Shown: positions 29,347-38,140 of the stretch, one piece after another
Layout: the number at the start of each line of letters is the position of its first letter
Numbering within the stretch: position 1 is the stretch's first letter
Assembly (NCBI GenBank): GCA_029941465.1
Contig: JAPYQN010000007.1
Span: forward strand, 972-62,168
Length of the DNA: 61,197 nt
DNA from: Gammaproteobacteria bacterium
GTDB lineage: Bacteria > Pseudomonadota > Gammaproteobacteria > Steroidobacterales > UBA11654
Reading direction: 5' to 3'
Position numbers and translations under genes: made by a program
Notes under the pieces: model-generated
What the model was told of the DNA's origin: nothing
The model's input: the letters and a program-made list of their open reading frames with translations, nothing else
Database searches by the model: none

Positions 29347-30327
29347 ATGTCAAAAATTGAATCACCATCCGCACAATTGAATTTTGCGATCATCAGTGTT
29401 GCTGATTTGAATAAATCAATTGAATTTTATTCAGATGTTATTGGTCTGAGATCTTTACCGATTATGGAATATGAAACTGAATTAGGCGTTAGTATATGGT
29501 CTGTCCCTAAAGGCACTAAAATAAGACAATCTTTATGTCATCGAGATAATAGTGAGGTTGGTCAAGTGCTTTTGATTGAATTCTCAAATGACAAAAAAAA
29601 CTATATAAGAACTGACCTTAATGCGGGTATGGTCAGGGGTTTTTGGAATATTAATTTTTATGTAAAGGATATTTATCAGTCAGTTGAAATTTTAAAAAAT
29701 AAGGGCTATTTACCATGGTCAGACCCAACCGAGCATCAAATTGGTGACCAAGTAGGGACACCTATAGAGGTTATAGTTAATGGCCCAGATGGTATAGCTG
29801 TTAATTTAGTTCAATTGCCAGGAAATTCTCAGCGAGAATCAATCCAAGATATGTGTAGTTTTTTTCAATCTAATGGAACCACCAATAAGGGTTTCACAGA
29901 AATCGTGACGACTTCTCATTGTGTTAGTAATACTGAAAATGCAAAGAACTTTTATCATGATGTTCTTGGTATGCAAGAGATGTTTAGTGATGTACTTTGT
30001 GCCAAAGAGTCTAATCAGTTTCTTAGAAGACCTGTTGAGGGGAAAACACTAATTACCTTTATGAAAGGAGAGCATTTTTATGGAAAAATTGCCCTGTCTG
30101 AACCTTTGAACTATAAGGTACCTAACAATATACAAAACGCATGCCCGCCAAATATAGGTTATTTTGGACAGGGATTCTTAATTAATGATACCCGAAAGAT
30201 TTTGACTAAAAATAATTTAAATATTCTTTGCCAAGGTCCAATTAATATTAGTGAGGAAGAGGTGAGGGAAGCAATTAGTTTAAAATGTCCTGGTAGTGAC
30301 GCCCTCATTTATTTATTAGAACAATAG
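29347..30327 (+). CDS. Two-domain VOC/glyoxalase family protein
   Basis: ISVADLNKSIEFYSDVIGL, GPDGIAVNLVQ, and a second repeat VSNTENAKNFYHDVLGM. Start likely at ATG 29347. Confidence 0.8.
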   Translation: MSKIESPSAQLNFAIISVADLNKSIEFYSDVIGLRSLPIMEYETELGVSIWSVPKGTKIRQSLCHRDNSEVGQVLLIEFSNDKKNYIRTDLNAGMVRGFWNINFYVKDIYQSVEILKNKGYLPWSDPTEHQIGDQVGTPIEVIVNGPDGIAVNLVQLPGNSQRESIQDMCSFFQSNGTTNKGFTEIVTTSHCVSNTENAKNFYHDVLGMQEMFSDVLCAKESNQFLRRPVEGKTLITFMKGEHFYGKIALSEPLNYKVPNNIQNACPPNIGYFGQGFLINDTRKILTKNNLNILCQGPINISEEEVREAISLKCPGSDALIYLLEQ

Positions 30328-30359
30328 GATATAATTCCCTAAATAATGGAGAAAAGGTG

Positions 30360-31388
30360 ATGACAGAAATAGGTGTAGTAATGGAACCAGTTCCTAAGTG
30401 CTCTGCTGAAATGTCCTCCTTGATAGAAGACATGGGTTTCGACATGGTCTTATGTCCTGACACTCAGAATTTATCGGCTGACCCTTATGGACAGCTTTCT
30501 TTAATAGCAAATGCCACAACTACTCTCAGAATGGGAACTGGTGTTACTCACCCAGTCACAAGAGCAGCTGCAGTTACTGCTTCAGCTATGGCCTCATTAC
30601 AAGAAGAATCTGGCGGACGAGCTATTTGTGGAATTGGGCGAGGTGATTCCGCTGCTGCTCACATTGGCAAGCGACAGGCAACCACTGAGGAACTAAGAAA
30701 CTGTGTTCTAACTATAAAACATTATCTAAGAGGAGAGGCCATCGATGTAGGTAATATGCAATCACCAATTCGATGGATTGATCCAGAAATTATTAAACCA
30801 GTACCAATAGATATTGCGTGTACAGGACCTAAAACAATAGCCATGGCTTGTGATGTTGCAGATCGTGTCACCTTTGCAGTTGGAAGTGCAACAGAAAGGG
30901 TAGAGTGGGCAATGAATACTGCAAATGAACAAATTGAAAAAATGGGAAGATCTAGGGATGAATTTAAAATAGGAGCATATGTTAATTTAATCTGTGACCA
31001 CAATGAAAAAAAAGCTATTTCTATGGCAAGAATGTTAGCAGGTCTGGTTGCACACTTTACTGCTATGAAAGAAGCACCAACTGAACATTTACCAAAACAA
31101 TTAAAACCTATTACTGAAAAGCTTCAAACTGATTATGACATGAAGAATCATTCTAGTGAAAAAGGCGATCACCTTGATCTTATTGATGATGAGTTCATTG
31201 ATTGGTTCACAATTGCTGGACCACCACAAAAATGTATTGATCGTTTAGGAGAATTGATTGAACTAGGGCTTGATCATATTTACTTACTTGGTGGTTCCCC
31301 AGTTCAAGAACCAAGAGACGCTAGACTTAGAGCAATGGTAAAGCAAACTGAAGTTTTTGCTAAGGAAGTTCTGCCCTCATTTAAATAG
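30360..31388 (+). CDS. LLM-class (luciferase-like) flavin/F420-dependent oxidoreductase
   Basis: ATTTLRMGTGVTHPVTR, SGGRAICGIGRGDS and IACTGPKT. RBS GGAG. Confidence 0.88.
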   Translation: MTEIGVVMEPVPKCSAEMSSLIEDMGFDMVLCPDTQNLSADPYGQLSLIANATTTLRMGTGVTHPVTRAAAVTASAMASLQEESGGRAICGIGRGDSAAAHIGKRQATTEELRNCVLTIKHYLRGEAIDVGNMQSPIRWIDPEIIKPVPIDIACTGPKTIAMACDVADRVTFAVGSATERVEWAMNTANEQIEKMGRSRDEFKIGAYVNLICDHNEKKAISMARMLAGLVAHFTAMKEAPTEHLPKQLKPITEKLQTDYDMKNHSSEKGDHLDLIDDEFIDWFTIAGPPQKCIDRLGELIELGLDHIYLLGGSPVQEPRDARLRAMVKQTEVFAKEVLPSFK

Positions 31389-31390
31389 AG

Positions 31391-34000
31391 CTAGAATTCA
31401 TAATCCAATGAAAGATTGATTAATCGGCCACGTGGGTCATGAAGCCTAGTATCAAAACTAAAGTCTGGAGAATCATAAAGTAATGGTGCTGATTCATCAA
31501 AAACATTGATTAAATTGAGCCCTAGCTTTAGTTCGCTGTTATTTATTTGAAAAGTTTTGCTGGCTCCAACATCAAACACCAAGAAAGAATCAACTTTGTT
31601 TTTATATCCACTTGAAACAGCTGCTGCTGGCAATGGTCGTAGGTTCTTGTAGCCATCCAGATACCTTGCATTCATCGAATAACGAATTTCTTTATGAGTC
31701 AATCCAAAAAATGTATTTAATCGAAGACGTGGAAGGGAATGTGTGTGAGCATTGTAGTTAAATTTTCCAACCCTGTTAACCATGTGTATATCATGATTAC
31801 CAACATGATCTTCCTCTTCATCATCATCTTCAGGCGTGAGAAATTCAAACAGATGAGTTGCATTAATGCCAAGGTCTAAGAGGCTTCCATTTGTCAATAC
31901 TTTTTCGTAATTCACGGTAATGTCTAAACCTTTAACTTGGGTTCTTTCTTCATTGAAGAATCTTGTACTAACCGCAGTGATGTCACCGTATTCATTTCTT
32001 TGGATATCTGGATTATTTGGGTTTTCTATGATTTTTGTTTGTGCATCTTCAAGTTCAAGACGATCCTTATAATTTATTTTCCAGAAATCCATTGAGAAAG
32101 AGGTATTATCGCTGATTTCCCATAATAGACCCAAATTACTATTGGTTGAGCTTGCAGGTTTAAGGTTTGGATTACCAACTTGGATGATACGAACAAAGAG
32201 TGAACTTGATTGCTCAATGCCGCTAATTACATCTCTTACACCACCTAAAGCAATTTCAGAGCTAAACAGCTGTGCCATTGAAGGTGTTGAAAATGAGGTT
32301 CCGATTGACCCTCTTAGTAATAATTGATCTAAAGGTTTGTAGGTTAAGGTTAACTTAGGATCTAAAGAAGAATTGTTCTCTATTTTTTCATATCTGGTGG
32401 CAAAGAGCATATCTAAACTTTCTGTGAAAACTTTCTCTACTTCTATAAATAATGCTTTTTTATCTCTATCTGACGAGATGTTTTTACCACCTCCTAAAAA
32501 TAGAAGATCTGCAGCTTTAATGAGATTTCCTGATTCATCAAATTCAGATCTAGCTAATTCGTTATATTTAACATCCAGAGACTCATCATTTATCTGGAAT
32601 CCAATAGCAATATTATTATCATTAATCTTGGTTCTAAGGATTGCATCAAGTGAGGTTAATTTTCCAACTCTTAGGCTCTGTTCAGAACCTTTAATATAAC
32701 CTATCAGTTCTTTTGAGTTTGATAAGGGGTCGAAAATATTCCAAATCTGGTTGCCATTATCACCCCCATTTCCGGCAATTGCATTTTCCATTCTTGAATT
32801 AATTGTGTCTGGTCTATGGTGAAAATTTTGATGCTTACTTTGAGTAATAGAAACTTCAAGGTTAGCAGTATCAGCTAGATTAATATTTATTACTCCACTA
32901 ACGTGATATTGATCAATGTCTTTTGGAGATAGGGGAGAGGGGAAAGCGGATCCTAATGGTCTGCCGTACCATGTCACTGGCACATTAAAAGGACTTCCTC
33001 CTTGCCCTGGTAAAATCTTTTTCGACATAAAAGAAAGTGCCGGATACGAGGGTGATTGAGGATTATCATTGACATCGATACTAGACTGAATTGCAGTAAA
33101 CTTATAACTGAAAATATCTGTTTGTTGTTTGTAACTTAGGTAAAACTTTTTATGGTCTTCATCATTAACAACATTAAATCTTGTTCCATATAGGAATTTA
33201 CAGAAGGGCCCAGCTAAAACCCCTCCATTGTCTTCGCAATTTGGGTCAGCAACCCATTGACCAGTCGTGTATGTTCCTGCATAGTCACCAGTTAATACTG
33301 TATCATTCCCGCTAATCTTAAATGTATTACCTAAGGTACTTAGACCATTTTCTGCAATTCTAGGTATCTCTGATGATGAAAGTGGACTTCTGTCTAGAAA
33401 ATTAGCGGCTATTACTAGGTGTGAGTTATCAAACTCTCTACCAAATATGATTCCTAAGGTTTTATCAGTTTGTTCATAATGTGATGTTTCTTGATGAGCC
33501 ACACTAATTTTGGTTCCCACAAACTCATCTAGGGTTATAAAATTGATGACCCCAGCTATAGCATCACTTCCATAAAGAGATGTGGCACCTTCTTTTAGAA
33601 TCTCAATCCTATTAAGTGCAATTTCTGGAATGATATTCACGTCTACATATCCCTCACCTTCATGGGAAGGTGTTCCTGCAAAGGTTTGTCTTTTGTTATT
33701 TAGTAGAACTAATGTTGAAGCATGATCAAGACCCCTGAGTGTAATGGCTGACATGCCTTGATCAATCCCATCCAGTGTATTAGATTGAAAGTGAGACCCT
33801 GAAGAACTTGCAAGATATTTACTTATCTCGCCAACGGTTGTGATATTTAAGTTATTGTAATCAGACTGATCTATGACTTGAATGCTTAATTTCTCAGCTT
33901 CAGTACCAATATAACTTCCTGTCACACTTATTTCTTCAATCTCTTGAGCATAAATACCGATAGAGAAAAATATAATTGCCAATAAAAAGATTTTATTCAT
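31391..34000 (-). CDS. TonB-dependent receptor
   Basis: Signal peptide, TonB box EEISVTG, plug motifs LRGL...RIEILKEGATSLYGSDAIAGVINFI and C-terminal YEF. Confidence 0.95.
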   Translation of the reverse strand: MNKIFLLAIIFFSIGIYAQEIEEISVTGSYIGTEAEKLSIQVIDQSDYNNLNITTVGEISKYLASSSGSHFQSNTLDGIDQGMSAITLRGLDHASTLVLLNNKRQTFAGTPSHEGEGYVDVNIIPEIALNRIEILKEGATSLYGSDAIAGVINFITLDEFVGTKISVAHQETSHYEQTDKTLGIIFGREFDNSHLVIAANFLDRSPLSSSEIPRIAENGLSTLGNTFKISGNDTVLTGDYAGTYTTGQWVADPNCEDNGGVLAGPFCKFLYGTRFNVVNDEDHKKFYLSYKQQTDIFSYKFTAIQSSIDVNDNPQSPSYPALSFMSKKILPGQGGSPFNVPVTWYGRPLGSAFPSPLSPKDIDQYHVSGVININLADTANLEVSITQSKHQNFHHRPDTINSRMENAIAGNGGDNGNQIWNIFDPLSNSKELIGYIKGSEQSLRVGKLTSLDAILRTKINDNNIAIGFQINDESLDVKYNELARSEFDESGNLIKAADLLFLGGGKNISSDRDKKALFIEVEKVFTESLDMLFATRYEKIENNSSLDPKLTLTYKPLDQLLLRGSIGTSFSTPSMAQLFSSEIALGGVRDVISGIEQSSSLFVRIIQVGNPNLKPASSTNSNLGLLWEISDNTSFSMDFWKINYKDRLELEDAQTKIIENPNNPDIQRNEYGDITAVSTRFFNEERTQVKGLDITVNYEKVLTNGSLLDLGINATHLFEFLTPEDDDEEEDHVGNHDIHMVNRVGKFNYNAHTHSLPRLRLNTFFGLTHKEIRYSMNARYLDGYKNLRPLPAAAVSSGYKNKVDSFLVFDVGASKTFQINNSELKLGLNLINVFDESAPLLYDSPDFSFDTRLHDPRGRLINLSLDYEF

Positions 34001-34079
34001 GTTTATTATTTAAGATATTAACCGGGAGCTATTGTAAGATAAAAGATAAAGTAAAAGAATAATTAAGAGATTTAAAATT

Positions 34080-35084
34080 ATGAAATTTAGAAAATTTTAT
34101 GCCCTTACTCTTCTGCTTTTATTTTCACATTCAATTTATTCACATGATAGTGAATGCTTAGTATCTAAAGATACTGAGTACAATGGACCATGTATAGAGA
34201 GGCTTAAACCACGAGCATTGAATGTCATAGACCGGACTATGTTGGAGCCTCAAGCTACATTATTTTCCGAAGATACAGAAGGGGTGTTGGTTAAACCAGA
34301 TGTCCCATTAATAGGGGTTTTAGGAGCGTCTGGAAGGACAGGAATACTTGTTATTCAAGAATTGCAATCAAGAGATTCTAATATAAGAGCATTTTCCAGA
34401 AATATAGAAAAGGCAAAAGAAAATATTAGTGGTGATTTTGAATGGGTCTATGCCGACGTTACTAAACCAGAAACTCTTACTGTAGCTCTGCAAGGTGTCG
34501 ATATACTTATCTCTACCATAGGATCTACTGGCGGAGATAATTCTGAATTAATTGATTACCAAGGCTCAATTAATTTTGTTGATGCAGCTAAGGAGTCAGG
34601 TGTTAAGCATATTATTTATATGTCCTCTATAGGGGCCGGAGGAGCTGAAAATTTTAGCACAGTAATAATTAATCTTGTTACAGACAAGGCAATGAAATGG
34701 AAATCTTTGGGCGAAGATTATATAAGAAACAGTGGCATAGATTTTACCATCGTTAGGCCAGGTGGTTTAAGAGGTGAGCTTGGTACCTTAGGGATACGTT
34801 TTGAACAAGGGGATGAAATCATTGGATGGATACCACGAGGCGATGTTGCCTCTGTTCTAGTTGCATCAATTTATAACCCGGATGCATTAAATAAAACTTT
34901 TGAGGTCATCAATGATGAGTCATTGGCAATAGGTGCATGGAGAGATGAATTCAAAAATTTAACAACTGATGAATATGGGAAAATCGCAACCGGTAATCTA
35001 CCAATTAATTACATATTGGTTCCATTGGTAATATTGGTATTAATTATTTATTTGATTAGAAGGAGGAGAAAAAAGAGATTCTAG
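34080..35084 (+). CDS. Atypical SDR NAD(P)-binding protein with signal peptide and C-terminal membrane anchor
   Basis: GASGRTG Rossmann motif, MSSIG and TIVRPGGL. N-terminal signal peptide and a C-terminal TM followed by RRRRKKRF. Confidence 0.82.
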   Translation: MKFRKFYALTLLLLFSHSIYSHDSECLVSKDTEYNGPCIERLKPRALNVIDRTMLEPQATLFSEDTEGVLVKPDVPLIGVLGASGRTGILVIQELQSRDSNIRAFSRNIEKAKENISGDFEWVYADVTKPETLTVALQGVDILISTIGSTGGDNSELIDYQGSINFVDAAKESGVKHIIYMSSIGAGGAENFSTVIINLVTDKAMKWKSLGEDYIRNSGIDFTIVRPGGLRGELGTLGIRFEQGDEIIGWIPRGDVASVLVASIYNPDALNKTFEVINDESLAIGAWRDEFKNLTTDEYGKIATGNLPINYILVPLVILVLIIYLIRRRRKKRF

Positions 35085-36286
35085 AGTACACCGTCTTTTC
35101 GTAACTGAGTGATTTCCCCTTCATCTTTACCTAAGAGTTCACTTAATACTTCATCTGTATGCTCACTCAGAGCTGGCCCAGGCCATTCAGTAGTCCCTGG
35201 TGTTTCAGTTAGAATAGGCATCATAGCTGGGATATGGAGAGTTCTTCCGTTTGCTTCAACTTCTTGAAACATGCCTCTAGCGATATAGTGTTCATCCTTC
35301 ATCATATCTTCTACACTCAAAATTGGTCCTGCTGGCACAGAAACCTCATCCATGGTTGATAAAACTTCATCTGAGGTGTGTTCTTTTGTCCATTTTTCTA
35401 TAGCCGCATCAATTTCTTTTTCATTATCAACCCTTCCTTGGTTTTCCTCTAATTTAGGGTCATTAGCCATATCTGGCCTACCTATTGCATTCATAAGTCT
35501 TTTAAAAATTGAGTCACCATTCCCACCTATAATCACATATTTATTATTTGAGGTAATGTAGGTGTTAGTAGGTGCTATTCCAGTAATAGTAGATCCTGAA
35601 GGTTCTCTGATGGCACCGCTCCCAGAATATTCTGGGACTACAGCTTCCATCATATTGAACACCGATTCATAAATGGCAGCGTCAACAACTTGTCCTTTTC
35701 CGTCAGGGTCCTTTTCTCTTTGTATATAAGCCAACATTACTCCCATGGCTGCATGCAAACCAGCTAAGGTGTCACCAATACTTAAGTTGGGTCTGACTGG
35801 TGGTCTGTCAGGAAAACCATTGACGTATCTGAAGCCTCCATAGCCTTCACAGACTGATGCATAACCAGGAAGATGGGATCTGGGCCCGGTTTGCCCATAC
35901 CCTGATATTCTTGCTGTAATTAACCCAGGGTTATCTTTTTTTAAATCATCTGGGCTCATTCCCCATTTTTCTAGAGTTCCGGGTTTAAAATTCTCAATTA
36001 ACACATCGGATTCTAAAATTAAGTCTTTTGCTATTTGTCTCCCTTTCTCTGTTTTTAGATTTAGAGTTATTGATTTCTTATTACGGGAAACGCTATGCCA
36101 CCAATATGAAGTATTGTTTTCTGTTAATCGCCAATAGCGAACCGGATCTCCTGTTGGTGGTTCTATTTTGATTACTTCAGCCCCAAAGTAACCTAAAACG
36201 CTACCAGCAAAGGGTCCTGCAATCAGTTGACCCATTTCAATGACTCTCATTCCTCTAAGTGGTTTATCTTGTGCTTTTATATTCAT
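35081..36286 (-). CDS. Family III CoA-transferase (CaiB/BaiF)
   Basis: IAGPFA, GAEVIKIEPP.GD, RNKKSITLNLK, ENFKPG and SGYGQTGP. Confidence 0.94.
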   Translation of the reverse strand: MNIKAQDKPLRGMRVIEMGQLIAGPFAGSVLGYFGAEVIKIEPPTGDPVRYWRLTENNTSYWWHSVSRNKKSITLNLKTEKGRQIAKDLILESDVLIENFKPGTLEKWGMSPDDLKKDNPGLITARISGYGQTGPRSHLPGYASVCEGYGGFRYVNGFPDRPPVRPNLSIGDTLAGLHAAMGVMLAYIQREKDPDGKGQVVDAAIYESVFNMMEAVVPEYSGSGAIREPSGSTITGIAPTNTYITSNNKYVIIGGNGDSIFKRLMNAIGRPDMANDPKLEENQGRVDNEKEIDAAIEKWTKEHTSDEVLSTMDEVSVPAGPILSVEDMMKDEHYIARGMFQEVEANGRTLHIPAMMPILTETPGTTEWPGPALSEHTDEVLSELLGKDEGEITQLRKDGVL

Positions 36287-36313
36287 TAATTCTCTAGTGA
36301 TTTTATAGATAAT

Positions 36314-37174
36314 TTACAAGATCTCGTTATACCATTTTGATAACGCTTTTCCAATTTCATCTGCTGAATCTTCTTGAATAAAGTGCAAACCTTTCACCGT
36401 AATTTCTCTTTGGTTTTTCCAGGTCCTACAAAAATCCCTCACCGTTCCTTGAATTATAGCTCCAGGTTCAGCATTAATAAAAAATTTTGGTATGTCATTT
36501 TCCTGCATCCAATTGGAATAATTATTGACTATTCTGCAAACGTTCTCAGGTTCACCATCAATGGGTATTTCTCTTGGCCAAGAAAGCATTGGTCTTCTAT
36601 TTTCTCCTGGTTCGGTAAAGGGTCTCCGATATTCTTTTTTTTCCTCATCGTTTAAGGTTCTGATAATTGATCCGAATAATATTTTTTCAATAAAATAGTT
36701 TTTTTCTAGAACTAAATGTTCTCCAGCCTCAGATCTGAGTCCTTGAAAAATCCCTTTGCTCTTATCGTTCCATTCTTCCCATGATAATTCTTTGACAATG
36801 GCTTCCATATAAGCAATTCCTTTGACCAATTCAGGGTGTTTATAACTCCAGTTAAAACCCAAAGCAGAACCCCAGTCATGAACTACTAAAGTTATTTTTT
36901 GATCATCAGTTAATTTTCTTATTGCTTGCTCTATATAAAAGAAATGTTCTTCAAACCGATATGAATTTGTGTCTGGGTTATCTAATTTTTCTGAATCACC
37001 CATCCCAATAAGGTCAATACTTATGCACCGACCAGCTGTTTCTAAATAAGGAGTAATATTTCGCCAAAGATATGAAGAGGTTGGATTACCATGTAGAAAT
37101 ACAATTGGCTCTCCTGAGCCCTTTTCAATGTAAGCAATGTGTTTGTTACCAATTAAAACTTTTTTCTTATTCAT
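36314..37174 (-). CDS. Haloalkane dehalogenase (LinB/DhaA-type)
   Basis: HGNPTSSYLWR, nucleophile HDWG, acid YMEA and base GLHFIQED. ATG 37174 overlaps the upstream stop. Confidence 0.9.
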   Translation of the reverse strand: MNKKKVLIGNKHIAYIEKGSGEPIVFLHGNPTSSYLWRNITPYLETAGRCISIDLIGMGDSEKLDNPDTNSYRFEEHFFYIEQAIRKLTDDQKITLVVHDWGSALGFNWSYKHPELVKGIAYMEAIVKELSWEEWNDKSKGIFQGLRSEAGEHLVLEKNYFIEKILFGSIIRTLNDEEKKEYRRPFTEPGENRRPMLSWPREIPIDGEPENVCRIVNNYSNWMQENDIPKFFINAEPGAIIQGTVRDFCRTWKNQREITVKGLHFIQEDSADEIGKALSKWYNEIL

Positions 37175-38009
37175 TTGACTTAATTGCTTTGGCCACAAGT
37201 CCTATAAAGTCAGACTCATTTTCTACTAGAGCTATTTCAGAAGCTTTTACACGATAACCATATTTCTTAGCAATCAAATCATACTTATTTTTCCTGTAAT
37301 CTAACAACTTAGGAAAAACCCATCGGACAAAATTATTTGGATTAATATTTTGGTCTCTTTCGCCTGTTTCGTTTGCATAATATTCAAGATGTTCTAAGAG
37401 AAATTCTTCTGTGTAATACATAGGCTTTGGGTTTCCCCTGGCTCTTTGTATTAAGTCATATCGAATATTGTCATCGTCTTCAATATAAAGAATTAGAGTA
37501 TTTTTAATCAGTGTTGACATGGCTTCAGTATCGTTAAGTTCACAAATACTGCCCCCTGCATCATTAATAAAATGGTCATATTCATAAATTCTTCTGGACT
37601 TTTCAATAAATTCTGGAACATCCATCATTGCTTTAATTTCTGCGTCTTTATGCATTTTTTGACGTTTTAAAAATTCATCAAGAGATAAACCGCCTTTTTT
37701 TGGATCTCCGATCTTTCCTAGAAACATGGAAATAGGTAAAAGATTATCCACAGTTATATTGCTTGAAATATAAATCGAGTCTGTTTTCAGCAGATCTGCC
37801 AAGAATTCAATCTCCATTGCCCCTTCTTTTATATTATCTAGGATCGGTTCTTCTAAGTACTTTGTGCCTATCCTATAATCCCCTGAGTAATGAAACCATT
37901 GAGATTTAGGTAATTTATTTGCAAGTGTCGTCTTTCCAATACCTGACATCCCAAGGAGCGTTATTGCTTTGTTGGGTGATTTTATAAATTCATTATGTGT
38001 GGTTTTCAT
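37167..38009 (-). CDS. Uncharacterised P-loop ATPase/kinase
   Basis: Walker A GMSGIGKT near the N-terminus, then HYSGDYRIGT and NDAGGSICE. Confidence 0.75.
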   Translation of the reverse strand: MKTTHNEFIKSPNKAITLLGMSGIGKTTLANKLPKSQWFHYSGDYRIGTKYLEEPILDNIKEGAMEIEFLADLLKTDSIYISSNITVDNLLPISMFLGKIGDPKKGGLSLDEFLKRQKMHKDAEIKAMMDVPEFIEKSRRIYEYDHFINDAGGSICELNDTEAMSTLIKNTLILYIEDDDNIRYDLIQRARGNPKPMYYTEEFLLEHLEYYANETGERDQNINPNNFVRWVFPKLLDYRKNKYDLIAKKYGYRVKASEIALVENESDFIGLVAKAIKSNE

Positions 38010-38140
38010 TTTTTAAAAATCTCTTATATCTAGATATACTTACTATTGGTAGTCTCCCATCTTATTATGATAATTTATCGGGAAAAGGGTATCATGGGCA
38101 ACTTTTTATGACAGTAGTTTATTGAGATAAGTATAAAGAT

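Noticed and set aside
30360-37174. Bioluminescence (luciferase-like LLM plus Renilla-luciferase-like dehalogenase)
   Set aside because: Both are broad enzyme families. There is no luxCDE or luxAB pair, and the motifs fit Mer-like LLM and ordinary haloalkane dehalogenase.
38010-38140. thr leader peptide/attenuator or SAM/lysine riboswitch upstream of thrA
   Set aside because: No Thr/Ile-rich mini-ORF, terminator hairpin or recognisable riboswitch core in this short divergent region.
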